Source: Candidatus Latescibacterota bacterium (GTDB taxonomy: Bacteria > Latescibacterota > UBA2968 > UBA8231). Taken from it: 64,000 nt of DNA. A program made the translations under genes and the position numbers. Below the pieces are notes generated by a model that was not told the DNA's origin, searched no databases, and was given only the letters and a program-made list of their open reading frames with translations. The stretch covers positions 2,368,001 to 2,432,000 of the forward strand of contig OY730476.1 in assembly GCA_963422735.1 (NCBI GenBank). Direction: 5' to 3'. Below are positions 45,086-55,475 of this stretch, one piece after another. How positions within the stretch are numbered: the first letter of the stretch is position 1; the number at the start of each line of letters is the position of its first letter.

Positions 45086-47998
45086 ATGGATCGCCGCGAT
45101 TTTGAACTGCTGCGCGACGAAGAAATTTCCGAGCTCAATACCCGAGCCTTGCTCTACCGGCACCGCGCCGGCTGCGAGATCGTCTCGCTGATCAACCAAG
45201 ACGAGAACAAGGTCTTTGGGATCAATTTCCGCACCCCGCCGGCCGATTCGACCGGCATTGCCCACATCCTCGAACACTCGGTGCTTTGCGGCTCGCGCAA
45301 GTACCCGGTCAAGGAGCCGTTTGTCGAGCTGATCAAAGGCTCGCTCAACACCTTCCTCAACGCCTTCACCTATCCAGACAAAACTTGCTACCCGGTCGCC
45401 AGCACCAACTTGCAGGATTTCTACAACCTGATCGACGTGTATCTCGACGCTGTATTTCACCCGCGACTCACGCGGGAAGTCCTGCAACAGGAAGGCTGGC
45501 ACTACGAGCTAGAAGATCCCAGCGACCCGCTGCGCTACAAAGGCGTGGTCTTCAACGAAATGAAGGGCGCGTATTCCGATCCCGAGCGGATCCTAGCCGA
45601 GCGCACCCAGCAATCCATCTTCCCCGACACCGCCTATGGCGTGGATTCCGGCGGCGATCCGCGTCACATCCCAGCCCTCAGCTTTGACCAGTTCAAGCGC
45701 TTCCACGACGACTTTTACCACCCGTCCAATGCCCGCATCTACTTCTACGGCGACGATGATCCCCAGCACCGCCTCGCGCTTTTGCACGACTATCTAAGCG
45801 ACTACGAGGCGCATCCGGTTGACTCTACCATCGGGCCCCAGCCGCGCTTTGCCGCGCCCAAGCGGCAGCAATTTCCCTATGCGGTCGATCCAGACGCGGT
45901 CGAAGAACCAAAGTGCTTTGTCGCGCTCACTTGGCTGTTGCAAGACGCGATTGACGCCGACGAGCGCCGTGCCTTGCAGGTGCTCGAACACGCGCTGCTC
46001 GGCACCCCGGGATCCCCGCTGCGCAAGGCCCTGATCGACTCCGGGCTAGGTGAGGATTTGACCGGCAGTGGGTTAGAGACCGAGTTGGCGCAAATGTTCT
46101 TCAGCGTGGGCCTGAAGGGTGTGCAGCAGGGCAATGCCGATGCGGTCGAGGCCCTGATCTTGCAGCACCTCGGCGACTTGGCGCACGGTGGGATCGACCA
46201 AGGGATGGTTGCGGCCGCACTGCACACCGCGGAGTTCCGGCTCCGGGAAAACAACACCGGGTCCTATCCGCGCGGTTTGGGGCTGATGCTGCGGCTGTTG
46301 ACCGACTGGCTCTACGACCGCGACCCCTTCGCGTCCTTGCGCTTTGCCGACTCATTCGCCGCGCTCAAGGCCAAGCTGGCAGCGGACAACCGCTACCTAG
46401 AGGGGCTAATTCAACGCCACCTCCTAGACAACGCGCACCGCACGACCGTGGTCCTCCAGCCCGATGCTGAACTGGGGACGCGGCTGGAGGAGGAAGAGAC
46501 CTCACGCCTAGCAGAGGCCCAAGCGCACATGAGCCACGCGGATTTAGAGGAGCTGGTTGCGGCGACGCAAAAGCTCAAGCACCTACAAGAGCAACCCGAC
46601 GCGCCCGAGGATCTGGCCAAATTACCCCGTCTGCAATTGAGCGACCTCGACGCAGCGATCAAGACCGTGCCTCGGCAAGAGGACCAAATCGCCGGGGTGC
46701 CGGTGCTCCACCACGACCTCTTCACCAATGGCATTGCCTATCTCGACATAGGCTGCAATCTGCGAGTGTTGCCCCAAGAGCTTTTGCCCTATACCCCGCT
46801 CTTTGGGCGCACCCTGCTGGAGATGGGCACCAAGCGCATGAGCTTCGTCGATCTGCAACAGCGGATCGGCAGCCAGACCGGCGGCCTGAGCACCCATTCG
46901 CTGATAGGGGCGCGCCTCGGCGGCGGCCCGGCCGCTGCGTACCTCTTTTTGCGCGGCAAGGCCATAGTCGAACGGGTCGCCGACCTGACGGCGATTGTGC
47001 GCGACGTACTGCTAGAGGGCCGTCTCGACGATCGCGAGCGCTTCTTGCAGATGGCCTTAGAAGAGCGAGCTAGCGCAGAGGCCGGGCTGGTGCCGGGCGG
47101 GCACCGGGTAGTGTCCACGCGGCTGCGAGCGCAATTTGACGAGACCGGCTGGCTCGCAGAGCAGATGCGCGGTTTGAGCTATCTGTTCTTCTTGCGGCAG
47201 CTCATTGACGACATCCATCGCGACTGGCCAGCAGTGCAGGCGCGGCTAGAGCAGATCCGCGCCTTGTTAGTCAACCGGTCGGGTATGCTGTGCAACGCGA
47301 CCGTGGCCGGCAGCGACCGCGCTACGTGTGACCAAAGCCTAGAAGCACTGTTGCGCGAGTTGCCCCAAGAAGCGCACTCGCCCGCGACTTGGACTCCGCA
47401 TCTAATGGCTGGCGACGAGGGCCTGACCGTCCCCGCCCAAGTCAACTACGTGGGCAAGGCGGCCAACATCTTCGCGCTCGGCTACGAATTGGACGGGTCG
47501 GCGGCCGTCATCACTCGCTACTTGGCCACGACTTGGCTCTGGGATCGGGTGCGAGTCCAAGGGGGGGCCTACGGGGCTTTTTGCTCCTTCGACCCGTTTA
47601 CCGGCGTGTTCGCGTACGCGTCTTACCGCGATCCCAACTTGCTGGAGACGCTGGAAGTATACGATCAGAGCGGATCCTTCTTGCGCGACCATCCGATCAG
47701 CAGCGACGAGCTGACCAAGGCCATTATTGGCACCATCGGCGACTTCGACGCCTACCAGCTCCCCGACGCCAAGGGCTACGCCTCGCTGATGCGCTATCTG
47801 GCCGGCATTGACGACGGCTATCGCCAGCAAATGCGCGACCAAGTCTTGGCCACCAAGGCCGAGCACTTTGCGGATTTTGCCGCTGTGCTGGACCAAGTCG
47901 GCGCAGCGGGCCGGGTTGCAGTATTGGGGTCGGCAGATGCGATTGCAGCGGCTTCGGCTGCGCGCGGAAATTGGCTGACGCCGGTCAAAGTGCTGTGA
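45086..47998 (+). CDS. Presequence protease-like M16C metallopeptidase (PreP/Cym1)
   Basis: GIAHILEHSVLCGSRKYPVKEPF (HxxEH), GVVFNEMKG, VRVQGGAYG, SYRDP. Confidence 0.93.
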   Translation: MDRRDFELLRDEEISELNTRALLYRHRAGCEIVSLINQDENKVFGINFRTPPADSTGIAHILEHSVLCGSRKYPVKEPFVELIKGSLNTFLNAFTYPDKTCYPVASTNLQDFYNLIDVYLDAVFHPRLTREVLQQEGWHYELEDPSDPLRYKGVVFNEMKGAYSDPERILAERTQQSIFPDTAYGVDSGGDPRHIPALSFDQFKRFHDDFYHPSNARIYFYGDDDPQHRLALLHDYLSDYEAHPVDSTIGPQPRFAAPKRQQFPYAVDPDAVEEPKCFVALTWLLQDAIDADERRALQVLEHALLGTPGSPLRKALIDSGLGEDLTGSGLETELAQMFFSVGLKGVQQGNADAVEALILQHLGDLAHGGIDQGMVAAALHTAEFRLRENNTGSYPRGLGLMLRLLTDWLYDRDPFASLRFADSFAALKAKLAADNRYLEGLIQRHLLDNAHRTTVVLQPDAELGTRLEEEETSRLAEAQAHMSHADLEELVAATQKLKHLQEQPDAPEDLAKLPRLQLSDLDAAIKTVPRQEDQIAGVPVLHHDLFTNGIAYLDIGCNLRVLPQELLPYTPLFGRTLLEMGTKRMSFVDLQQRIGSQTGGLSTHSLIGARLGGGPAAAYLFLRGKAIVERVADLTAIVRDVLLEGRLDDRERFLQMALEERASAEAGLVPGGHRVVSTRLRAQFDETGWLAEQMRGLSYLFFLRQLIDDIHRDWPAVQARLEQIRALLVNRSGMLCNATVAGSDRATCDQSLEALLRELPQEAHSPATWTPHLMAGDEGLTVPAQVNYVGKAANIFALGYELDGSAAVITRYLATTWLWDRVRVQGGAYGAFCSFDPFTGVFAYASYRDPNLLETLEVYDQSGSFLRDHPISSDELTKAIIGTIGDFDAYQLPDAKGYASLMRYLAGIDDGYRQQMRDQVLATKAEHFADFAAVLDQVGAAGRVAVLGSADAIAAASAARGNWLTPVKVL

Positions 47999-48045
47999 GC
48001 ATCGACTGCCAGCGGAATATTCTATGCCGCAAAAGTTGTTTGCGC

Positions 48046-48077
48046 GACCGCCTAAGCGATTAGGCGGTCTTTATTTT
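48046..48077 (+). terminator. Intrinsic terminator
   Basis: GACCGCCTAA-GCGA-TTAGGCGGTC followed by TTTATTTT. Confidence 0.85.
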
Positions 48078-48210
48078 AGCGACAGTTCACATAGTCGCGC
48101 TTGGTGGGTCATAGCGTCCCACTCGCATCCGGGCCTTCATAGGAGCGAACCTGTGTCTGTCTGTCGCGTATGCGAGTGGGAAGCCCTTAATTCCCCACAG
48201 AGCAAACATC

Positions 48211-49557
48211 ATGGCCCCTGTCCCAAACATCCTCTTCCTCTTGACCGACAACCAGCGCAACGACCTGCTCGGCTGCGCCGGCAATCCGATCATCCAAACC
48301 CCGAACATCGATCGGCTTGCCGCAAGCGGCGTCCGCTTAGCAAACGCATTCTGCACCAGTCCAATCTGCGCCGCTAGTCGGGCGAGCTATCTCACCGGCG
48401 TCTATGAAAGCCGCCACCAATTCACCTTCCTCACACCACCCCTCCAACGCGCATTCACCGACAGCTCCTATCCGGCGGCCCTCAAAAGGGCGGGGTACCA
48501 CACGGGGCTGATCGGCAAGTTCGGCATTGCCGCAAAAGGAATTGACCCTTCTCTCGAAGACGAGGACGCGATAGGAAAGATGTTTGACGCGTTCGACAAC
48601 TACGAACATTGGACCGCAGACGGGTATGAAATCAGACAGCCGAACGGCCGCGTACGCCACCTGACCGACATTACCGGGGACAAGACGATCGACTTCTTAC
48701 GCACCCATCGAAGGGATCATCCCAGCCGGCCGTTTTGTCTCTCCGTCAGCTTCAACGCACCGCACGCTCAAGACCACGACCCACGCCACTACATCTGGCC
48801 GGCGGCTGAAGAGCCGCTCTACGCGGATGTGAAAATGCCGGAGCCGATCAACGCCCATCCCGACTTCTTCTGGCGGCTGCCGAAATTTCTGCGCGAGACG
48901 GAAAGTCGCGGACGGTGGCAGGACCGCTATGCGACGCCTGCGGACTACCAGCGGAACATGCGCGGCCTGTACCGGATGGTGAGCGGCGTCGATCGCAACA
49001 TCGGCAAGATTCTCGCGGCGTTGGATCAGCTATCGTTAGCCGCCAATACGGTCGTGATCTTTGCATCGGACCACGGGATGTACTACGGCGATCGCGGGCT
49101 AAGCGACTGCTGGCAGTTGAACGAACAGTCGATCCGCATTCCCCTGATCGTATTTGATCCGCGAGTTGACGAAGGTAATCGAGGGGTCATTCGCGAAGAA
49201 ATGGCACTCAACATCGATGTGGCACCAACCATTCTCGAATTAGCCGGTTTGGACGCTGCGGATAGAATGCAGGGGGAATCCCTCGTCCCCTTGTTGCGCG
49301 GCAAAAAAGTCGAATGGCGCAAGGCGTTCTTCTGCGAGCATCGGTTCGACCGCGCCGACATCCCCAAGAGCGAAGGAGTGCGCACCCAACGCTGGAAATA
49401 CATTCGCTACTACGAGCAACAGCCCTTCTATGAGGAGCTATACGACTTTCTCAAAGACCCCCACGAGTCTTGCAATCTCGCAGGCGATCCCAAGTTCTCA
49501 GATCAACTCGCACAACTGAGACGACAGTGCGACGCACTGTGCGTTGAATGCGCTTAG
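48211..49557 (+). CDS. Sulfatase
   Basis: PNILFLLTD, TPNIDRLA, CAASRAS (CxxSR), GYHTGLIGK, SDHG. Confidence 0.92.
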   Translation: MAPVPNILFLLTDNQRNDLLGCAGNPIIQTPNIDRLAASGVRLANAFCTSPICAASRASYLTGVYESRHQFTFLTPPLQRAFTDSSYPAALKRAGYHTGLIGKFGIAAKGIDPSLEDEDAIGKMFDAFDNYEHWTADGYEIRQPNGRVRHLTDITGDKTIDFLRTHRRDHPSRPFCLSVSFNAPHAQDHDPRHYIWPAAEEPLYADVKMPEPINAHPDFFWRLPKFLRETESRGRWQDRYATPADYQRNMRGLYRMVSGVDRNIGKILAALDQLSLAANTVVIFASDHGMYYGDRGLSDCWQLNEQSIRIPLIVFDPRVDEGNRGVIREEMALNIDVAPTILELAGLDAADRMQGESLVPLLRGKKVEWRKAFFCEHRFDRADIPKSEGVRTQRWKYIRYYEQQPFYEELYDFLKDPHESCNLAGDPKFSDQLAQLRRQCDALCVECA

Positions 49558-50810
49558 TCTGTCAGGCGTTTGGCGTACTCGCCGCGCGGGATGCGGAAGT
49601 ACCCCTGAAAGCAGAGTACGCCCGCGGCCGTAATCACGGCACTGCTCAAAAACAACGCCCGATACCCTAGCGCATCGATTAGCCAGCCACCGCCGAGCGA
49701 AACGCCGGCACTGCTGATGCCGTAGGCCATGGCCAGGGCCGAACTCATAGTCACTCGCCAATGCTCGGGGACCAGCTCCTGCTGAAAGACGATATAGACC
49801 GAGCGGCGGATCGAGCTGAGAGCGACCAAGGCCATGCAGGCGGCTCCGGCCACCGCCCAATGGGCGACCAAGGCCAGAGGTATAAGGCACAGCACCATCG
49901 CCCCAGCGCCCGCAGTAATCACCGGCACCCGACCGAAACGCCGGCTGAGCGCCGGGGCGGCCAGTGCGGTACAGGCGGCCAAGAGCTGACCCCCGGCAGT
50001 CAGGCTGCCGATCAGCGCCGTAGAGGCCCCGAGGCCGTCGTCCATGTACACATTGAAGAAGATGCGGAGGCTGTTTTCTGCGGCCATCTGCAGGAAGGTG
50101 ACTAGGCTCAAGGCGAGGACGATGGCCAGAGGAAAGGGTGCCGCCTGGCCGCGTTCCCTCGCGGGGGGTTTATGCGCGGGGGAACGGGTTGCTGCGATAG
50201 CCCCGGCACTGACGAATAGCACACCGGCAGCCATCAGCAGCGGATATCGGTAGGGGGCTGGGTGGTCTTCGGGCAGGCCGAGGAGCGCGGAGAAAAGGCC
50301 GGGCAGCAGGCCACCGCATAAGCTGCCGGCAAAACCCGCCAGCGGCCACAGGGCTACTTGGGTCGAGAATACGTGGTTGCGCAGTCGCGGCGGGCAGATC
50401 AGGGTCAGGAAGGGGATCGAGCAGACGAGGAAGAGCGTATTGCCGAGGACGCCGAGGGCATACGCCCCCATGATCCAAGCTAGCTGCGCGGAGGTAGGAG
50501 CGAACTCGCCGAGGGGCAACAAGCCGAAACCGAGGGCGGCGATCACCATGCCAGCGATCATGCTCTGGCGCGCCCCCCAGCGGTTGGCCAACAAGCCCGC
50601 GGGCATGCTCAAGAGGGCAAACGACAGCGCACCAACGGCGTTGACTTGGCCGATCAATTGGGGGCCGTAGCCCAAGCGCAGGAGATAGAGATTGAGCAGA
50701 ACGGTATAGACGCCGCCGAAGATCGTGAAGCCGATCAGAGCTTGGCTAAAGAGCACTAGGCGCACGTCGCGGTTGAAAAGCGCAAGCGCCTCGCGATGAG
50801 TGGAGACCAA
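49554..50810 (-). CDS. MFS transporter
   Basis: About 12 hydrophobic segments; GLLANRWGAR motif A. Confidence 0.85.
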   Translation of the reverse strand: MVSTHREALALFNRDVRLVLFSQALIGFTIFGGVYTVLLNLYLLRLGYGPQLIGQVNAVGALSFALLSMPAGLLANRWGARQSMIAGMVIAALGFGLLPLGEFAPTSAQLAWIMGAYALGVLGNTLFLVCSIPFLTLICPPRLRNHVFSTQVALWPLAGFAGSLCGGLLPGLFSALLGLPEDHPAPYRYPLLMAAGVLFVSAGAIAATRSPAHKPPARERGQAAPFPLAIVLALSLVTFLQMAAENSLRIFFNVYMDDGLGASTALIGSLTAGGQLLAACTALAAPALSRRFGRVPVITAGAGAMVLCLIPLALVAHWAVAGAACMALVALSSIRRSVYIVFQQELVPEHWRVTMSSALAMAYGISSAGVSLGGGWLIDALGYRALFLSSAVITAAGVLCFQGYFRIPRGEYAKRLTD

Positions 50811-50901
50811 TTTCTTTTTTGCTGGAATGGGAGATGGCAGTTATGTATTAGGAAAGTAAACCAACGGCTCGCGTCGAAAAAGGCCATGTAGCGGAGGCGA
50901 C

Positions 50902-51819
50902 ATGATGCGCAACAGCACATTCTGGTGCGTCTTGATATGGGCACCAGATGTCCTGGCCCAAGAGATAGTCCAAGTGCAGACGCCAGCCAGCACCATGCAC
51001 GAGTTGGCCCGCGTCTCCGCCGGTTATTTTGCGATGGGATCGGCTGATGGACGGGCGGACGAGCAGCCCGTCCATCAGGTCTATCTCGACGACTTCTACA
51101 TCGACCGTTTTGAAGTGAACAATGGTCAGTACGCCGCCTTTTTGAACGACACAGACCGCAACGTGGATGAGGGAGAGCACCTGCTGCTCGATGTGCGCGA
51201 TGCCGACGCGCAGATCCGCTACGGTGACGCGGGATACACAGCCGTTCCCGGCACCGAGCAGCGGCCAGTCGCCGAGGTCTCGTGGTACGGTGCCCGTGCG
51301 TATTGCGCTTGGGCCGGCATGCAGTTGCCAACCGAGGCTATGTGGGAGAAGGCCGCCCGCGGCACCGACGGCCGCATCTATCCTTGGGGCGATTCCATTG
51401 ACCGCAGCCGGGCCAACTACGGCCGCGAGGGCTGCTGTCGCGGCGACGACAGCGATGGCTTTTTCGCCTCGGCTCCGGTCGGCTCTTATCAGCGTGGGAT
51501 TTCTCCCTATGGGGCCTACGATATGGGGGGCAATGTCTGGGAGTGGGTGGTGGATTGGTACGGCGAGGATTACTACGCGCAAAGCACCGAACGCGATCCG
51601 CAGGGGCCGGACGCAGGAATCAGCCGGGTGCTTCGGGGCGGGTCGCTGAGCAGCGATCCGTATCGCCTGCGCACCACCGACCGCAGTGGGCTGCCGCCTT
51701 CGGCTACCTACATCATCGTCGGATTTCGCTGCGCGGCGAGCGAACTCCCCGCCACGGCAGTGCAGTCGGCAAGTTGGGGACAGGTCAAGCGCATGACAGA
51801 AGAGGGTGATGCGCGATAA
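50902..51819 (+). CDS. Secreted FGE-sulfatase (SUMF1/EgtB/PvdO) domain protein with C-terminal WG-motif tail
   Basis: FAMGS, DEQPVH, LPTEAMWEKAARG, DMGGNVWEW, GFRCA; tail TAVQSASWGQVK. Confidence 0.85.
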   Translation: MMRNSTFWCVLIWAPDVLAQEIVQVQTPASTMHELARVSAGYFAMGSADGRADEQPVHQVYLDDFYIDRFEVNNGQYAAFLNDTDRNVDEGEHLLLDVRDADAQIRYGDAGYTAVPGTEQRPVAEVSWYGARAYCAWAGMQLPTEAMWEKAARGTDGRIYPWGDSIDRSRANYGREGCCRGDDSDGFFASAPVGSYQRGISPYGAYDMGGNVWEWVVDWYGEDYYAQSTERDPQGPDAGISRVLRGGSLSSDPYRLRTTDRSGLPPSATYIIVGFRCAASELPATAVQSASWGQVKRMTEEGDAR

Positions 51820-51887
51820 ACCCGCATAAATGCAGCCAGCCCCTCAGCTTGTGCAAGCTAAGTGGCTGTTTATATTAAAAATTAAAG

Positions 51888-51963
51888 TGGTGGCTCCTCG
51901 CGGAATCGAACCGCGGACACAGAGATTTTCAGTCTCCTGCTCTACCAACTGAGCTAAAGAGCC
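51888..51963 (-). tRNA. tRNA-Phe(GAA)
   Basis: GGCTCTTTAGCTCAGTTGGTAGAGCAGGAGACTGAAAATCTCTGTGTCCGCGGTTCGATTCCGCGAGGAGCCACCA. Confidence 0.97.
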
Positions 51964-51978
51964 ACCAGAAGAAAGATA

Positions 51979-52007
51979 AAATTAAAACCCCTCATTTCCC
52001 TTGTCAA
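51979..52007 (-). promoter_or_regulatory. Promoter of tRNA-Phe
   Basis: TTGACA-N17-TAATTT on the minus strand. Confidence 0.6.
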
Positions 52008-52016
52008 GGATGCGCC

Positions 52017-52538
52017 ATGCCCGTCTCGATCATCCCGTTCAACATGCCCGAACCCGCGGCAATTCCTCCACACATCGTCGCATCGCTTGAGACTATGTCT
52101 CCAGACGAAGCCGTAGCCCAAAGCATGGATTTGCTGCTGGGCATCGAGGCGGCAGACACCATAGTATATGAGCGCGTCGGCCAAAGGGTAGTCCACACGG
52201 CCGGCGCAGGAGCTGAGGTCCTGCAGCGGGTGCTCGAACAAGACGGCGGGTGCTCCTTCGCCGCTCAGGACGGGGTCGAGAACTCCGCGTTGTTGCTGGT
52301 GGGGCAGGCCAGTACCGACGAAGAAAGCCCCCTGCCAGCAGGAGTGATGCGCTTCCTGCTAGAGGGGGCGGAATGCGGGTCCCTCGGCTTTAGCTACGTG
52401 TTGCCTCTCAAGACCAGCGATGGCCAGCTATGGGGCGCGTTGACTCTGATTCGCCGAGCGGCGAGCGGGCCGCTCAACCACGAGCAACCCAATCTGTGCG
52501 AGGGCATGCGGCGCGTGTTGAGCCGGCTGTGCAGTTAG
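52017..52538 (+). CDS. Hypothetical protein, possibly a stand-alone GAF-like domain
   Basis: YVLPLKTSDGQLWGALTLIR resembles a GAF C-terminal hairpin. Confidence 0.55.
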   Translation: MPVSIIPFNMPEPAAIPPHIVASLETMSPDEAVAQSMDLLLGIEAADTIVYERVGQRVVHTAGAGAEVLQRVLEQDGGCSFAAQDGVENSALLLVGQASTDEESPLPAGVMRFLLEGAECGSLGFSYVLPLKTSDGQLWGALTLIRRAASGPLNHEQPNLCEGMRRVLSRLCS

Positions 52539-52804
52539 GCCGAGACCGACTCGACGACTCCGTTTTCGAGCATCCAAGCCTCGACCTCGTCGCCATCTAC
52601 GTCGGCCAACATCTGGCCGTTGATCTCGACGCAGGGCGAGAGGGGCTGGCCGCTTTTCTGTACCATCTCAGCGTAAATAGCCGGATTGTTGATAATGTCT
52701 TTATCTTCGTATGCCAAGCCGTATCTGGCGAAGGTCGTGCGCACACTATTGCTCCAGCCGCAAACCGGCTTCAAATAGGCGACGATGCGGGGGGCTTCAG
52801 CCAT
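52535..52804 (-). CDS. Monothiol glutaredoxin-like protein
   Basis: YLKPVCGWS (CxxS), MVQKSGQPLSPCVEING. Confidence 0.85.
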   Translation of the reverse strand: MAEAPRIVAYLKPVCGWSNSVRTTFARYGLAYEDKDIINNPAIYAEMVQKSGQPLSPCVEINGQMLADVDGDEVEAWMLENGVVESVSA

Positions 52805-52853
52805 GATTGGTATTCCTTTCTGGCGTATATAGAGACGATTTTGTACTAGGTGG

Positions 52854-52927
52854 AATATAGAGCCGCGCCCCTCTCTGTCAAGCAGGGCGTTAGGTGATTG
52901 ACGAACCGAGTACCTATGTGTTACATT
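52854..52927. promoter_or_regulatory. Divergent promoters for grx and murA
   Basis: Minus: TTGACA-N16-TATATT (52881-52854). Plus: TTGACG at 52898 with TG-n-TACATT at 52922. Confidence 0.5.
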
Positions 52928-52986
52928 TGAGCCATTCCCCTCCCCCTTGTATGGTTGCTCTCCTCACTTAACTATAAGGATTGGCA

Positions 52987-54258
52987 ATGAGTTCTACAGA
53001 AGTCCTTTTTGTACGTGGCGGACGCCCCTTGCAAGGAGAGGTCGAGGTCCAAGGGTCCAAAAACGCCGCTTTGCCCATGTTGGCCGCTTCACTGTTGGCC
53101 ACCGAAGGGCAAACCGTTTTGCACCGGGTACCCCCGGTCAAAGACGTATTGGTCGCCCTAGAAGTATTGCGTCGGCTCGGCGCACGCGTCGATTACGATG
53201 CAACAGAGGAAGTGGCCGTCCTAGACACCCGCGATGTCAAAGAGACTCGGCTGCCCGAGGATTTGACCAAGCGCTTTCGCGCCTCTCTGCTTTTCGTCGG
53301 ACCGCTGTTGGCCCGCTTTGGCCGCGCTTGGATCCAAGAGGTTGGCGGCTGCACGATTGGCTCGCGGCCGACCGACTATCACTATCGCGGCTTTGCCCGG
53401 CTCGGGGCCGAGATCCAAGGTGTGGACGGCGGCGGCATCGACGTGGTGGCCAAGCGGCTCTCCGGGGCCTTTATGTACTGCGATTTGCCTAGCCATACCG
53501 GGGTGGAAAATCTCGTTATGGCGGCCTGCCTAGCAGAGGGCGAGTCCGTGATCGAGAACGCAGCCTCCGACCCGGAGATCGTCGATTTCGCGGTGCTCCT
53601 GCAAAAGATGGGTGCCCAAGTCGAAGGGGCTGGTACGCGGCGGGTGCATATTAAGGGAGTCGATGAGTTGGTAGGTGCCGAGCACGCGATCATGTACGAC
53701 CGCCTCGACGCCGGCCTCCTAATGATGGCGGGCGCGATTACCGGCGGCGACATCGCCCTCAAAGGCGTGGTGCGCGATCACCTATACGTCTTTGAGGCCA
53801 AGCTACAGCAGATGGGTGTCGAGATGACAGAAGAAGAGGCTTGGATGCGGGTGCGCGGGCCGGAAACCTTGTCGCCGATCAACGTGGTAACCACCTTTTA
53901 CCCCGGCTTCCCAACAGATCTGCAGCCTGGGATGACAGCCTTGGCGTGCATGGCCAAAGGCGATAGCTACATCCGCGAGACCGTATTCGAAGATCGCCTC
54001 GGCCACGTCAAGAACTTGCGTTCCTTCGGTGCTCGCATTGCGCCGGAAAAGGACCGCTTGGTGTTGGTGCACGGGCCGGCTCAGCTCAAAGGGAACAAGG
54101 TCAAGGCCATGGACATTCGCGCCGGAGCCGCCTGTGTGCTCGCCGGCCTAGCGGCCGAGGGCTACACCGAGATCGGCAACCTCTACCAGCTCGACCGAGG
54201 GCATGCCCACATTGAGCGCCGCCTGCGGGCTTTGGGCGCCGACATCGAAAGGCACTGA
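52987..54258 (+). CDS. murA: UDP-N-acetylglucosamine 1-carboxyvinyltransferase
   Basis: GSKNAALP, RAS, GGCTIGSRP, YPGFPTDLQ, DIRAGAA, LDRG. Confidence 0.95.
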   Translation: MSSTEVLFVRGGRPLQGEVEVQGSKNAALPMLAASLLATEGQTVLHRVPPVKDVLVALEVLRRLGARVDYDATEEVAVLDTRDVKETRLPEDLTKRFRASLLFVGPLLARFGRAWIQEVGGCTIGSRPTDYHYRGFARLGAEIQGVDGGGIDVVAKRLSGAFMYCDLPSHTGVENLVMAACLAEGESVIENAASDPEIVDFAVLLQKMGAQVEGAGTRRVHIKGVDELVGAEHAIMYDRLDAGLLMMAGAITGGDIALKGVVRDHLYVFEAKLQQMGVEMTEEEAWMRVRGPETLSPINVVTTFYPGFPTDLQPGMTALACMAKGDSYIRETVFEDRLGHVKNLRSFGARIAPEKDRLVLVHGPAQLKGNKVKAMDIRAGAACVLAGLAAEGYTEIGNLYQLDRGHAHIERRLRALGADIERH

Positions 54259-54347
54259 GGCGCGTTGCGCCCCAACGCTAGTAAGCGGTCGGGAGCTTGT
54301 GGCTCTCGGCCGCTTTTGCTTGCCGATTACTACTACAGGGAGGCACC

Positions 54348-55475
54348 ATGCTTGTACACCCCGACGCAGTATATCTAGCGCGCTCGCCCATCGACCGCGC
54401 CGAGGCTCCTTTTGCGACCTACCGAGAGCTGGCCTATCGCACCTTCGCCGCCCTACAGGTGCCGCTACCTGCTGCAGGTACCGTCTTGCTCAAGCCCAAT
54501 GCCACCGTGCTCTATCCACCGGAAAAGCGCATCATCACCCACCCCGGGTTTGTCGGTGGCCTACTCGACGCCCTGCGCGACTGCGGCGTATCCGCCGAGC
54601 GCATGGTGGTTGCCGACGGCCAGTCCGGGGAAAACCCTACGGCTGGGCACACTTGGGAACTATGCGGCTATCGCGCCATGGTCGAGGCGCGGGGTGTGCG
54701 GCTCGCAGAAATGAACACCGACGAGGATGCCCGCGTCGTCGAGGTCTCCGGCGGCGTGGTGTACGAGCAGTATCCCCTGTACCGCGAAGTGACCGATTGC
54801 GCCTTCTTTTTTAACGTCCCCCTCGCCAAGTGCCACAACTTGGGCTGTACGACCTTGTCGATTAAAAACCTGATGGGCATCATCGCCAAGCCCGAGCGGC
54901 ACCTGTGCGCGATCCAAGTCGTGGACGAGCCCTGCGCCGAGGAGTTGTGGCGGCTGACCGAGAGCGGTCTCAGCCTCTTCGAAGACCGCTTCTATCACAA
55001 GCTCTGCGATCTATTGGTCGCGCTGCGCGGCTTGGAAATTCCGCGGCTTTCAGTGGTAGATGGCCTCGTCGGCCGCGACGGCACGGCGTTCAACGAAGGA
55101 GCCAATTACCCCCTCGGCTGGGCTTTGGCCGGCGTCAACGAGGTACACGTAGATGCAGTAGCTACCTACCTAATGGGCCTCGATCCGCAGGCCACCCCCT
55201 ATCTACAATTCGCCTACGCCCGCGGCCTAGGGACTATTGACCCGAGGGAAATCGAGGTCGTCGATCTCGCGAGCGGCACGGCGCTCAATGGCGCGGCTCT
55301 AGCAAAGCTGCGGCCTGCCGCGCCGCTGATGCCCATCGCCCGCCTCAACCAAGGCAACTACTACAAGCGCTTTCGCACCGACGGATCGGCCGTGCCTTGG
55401 CGCTTGGACGATGTCAATGCCCAACGCCAGCAGGACGGTCTGGCACCCGTTCCCTATGAGTCAGCCCGCGCCTGA
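54348..55475 (+). CDS. DUF362 domain protein
   Basis: VLLKPN, ITHP, NVPLAKCH, TLSIKNLMG, VDG, VDAVA. Confidence 0.85.
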   Translation: MLVHPDAVYLARSPIDRAEAPFATYRELAYRTFAALQVPLPAAGTVLLKPNATVLYPPEKRIITHPGFVGGLLDALRDCGVSAERMVVADGQSGENPTAGHTWELCGYRAMVEARGVRLAEMNTDEDARVVEVSGGVVYEQYPLYREVTDCAFFFNVPLAKCHNLGCTTLSIKNLMGIIAKPERHLCAIQVVDEPCAEELWRLTESGLSLFEDRFYHKLCDLLVALRGLEIPRLSVVDGLVGRDGTAFNEGANYPLGWALAGVNEVHVDAVATYLMGLDPQATPYLQFAYARGLGTIDPREIEVVDLASGTALNGAALAKLRPAAPLMPIARLNQGNYYKRFRTDGSAVPWRLDDVNAQRQQDGLAPVPYESARA

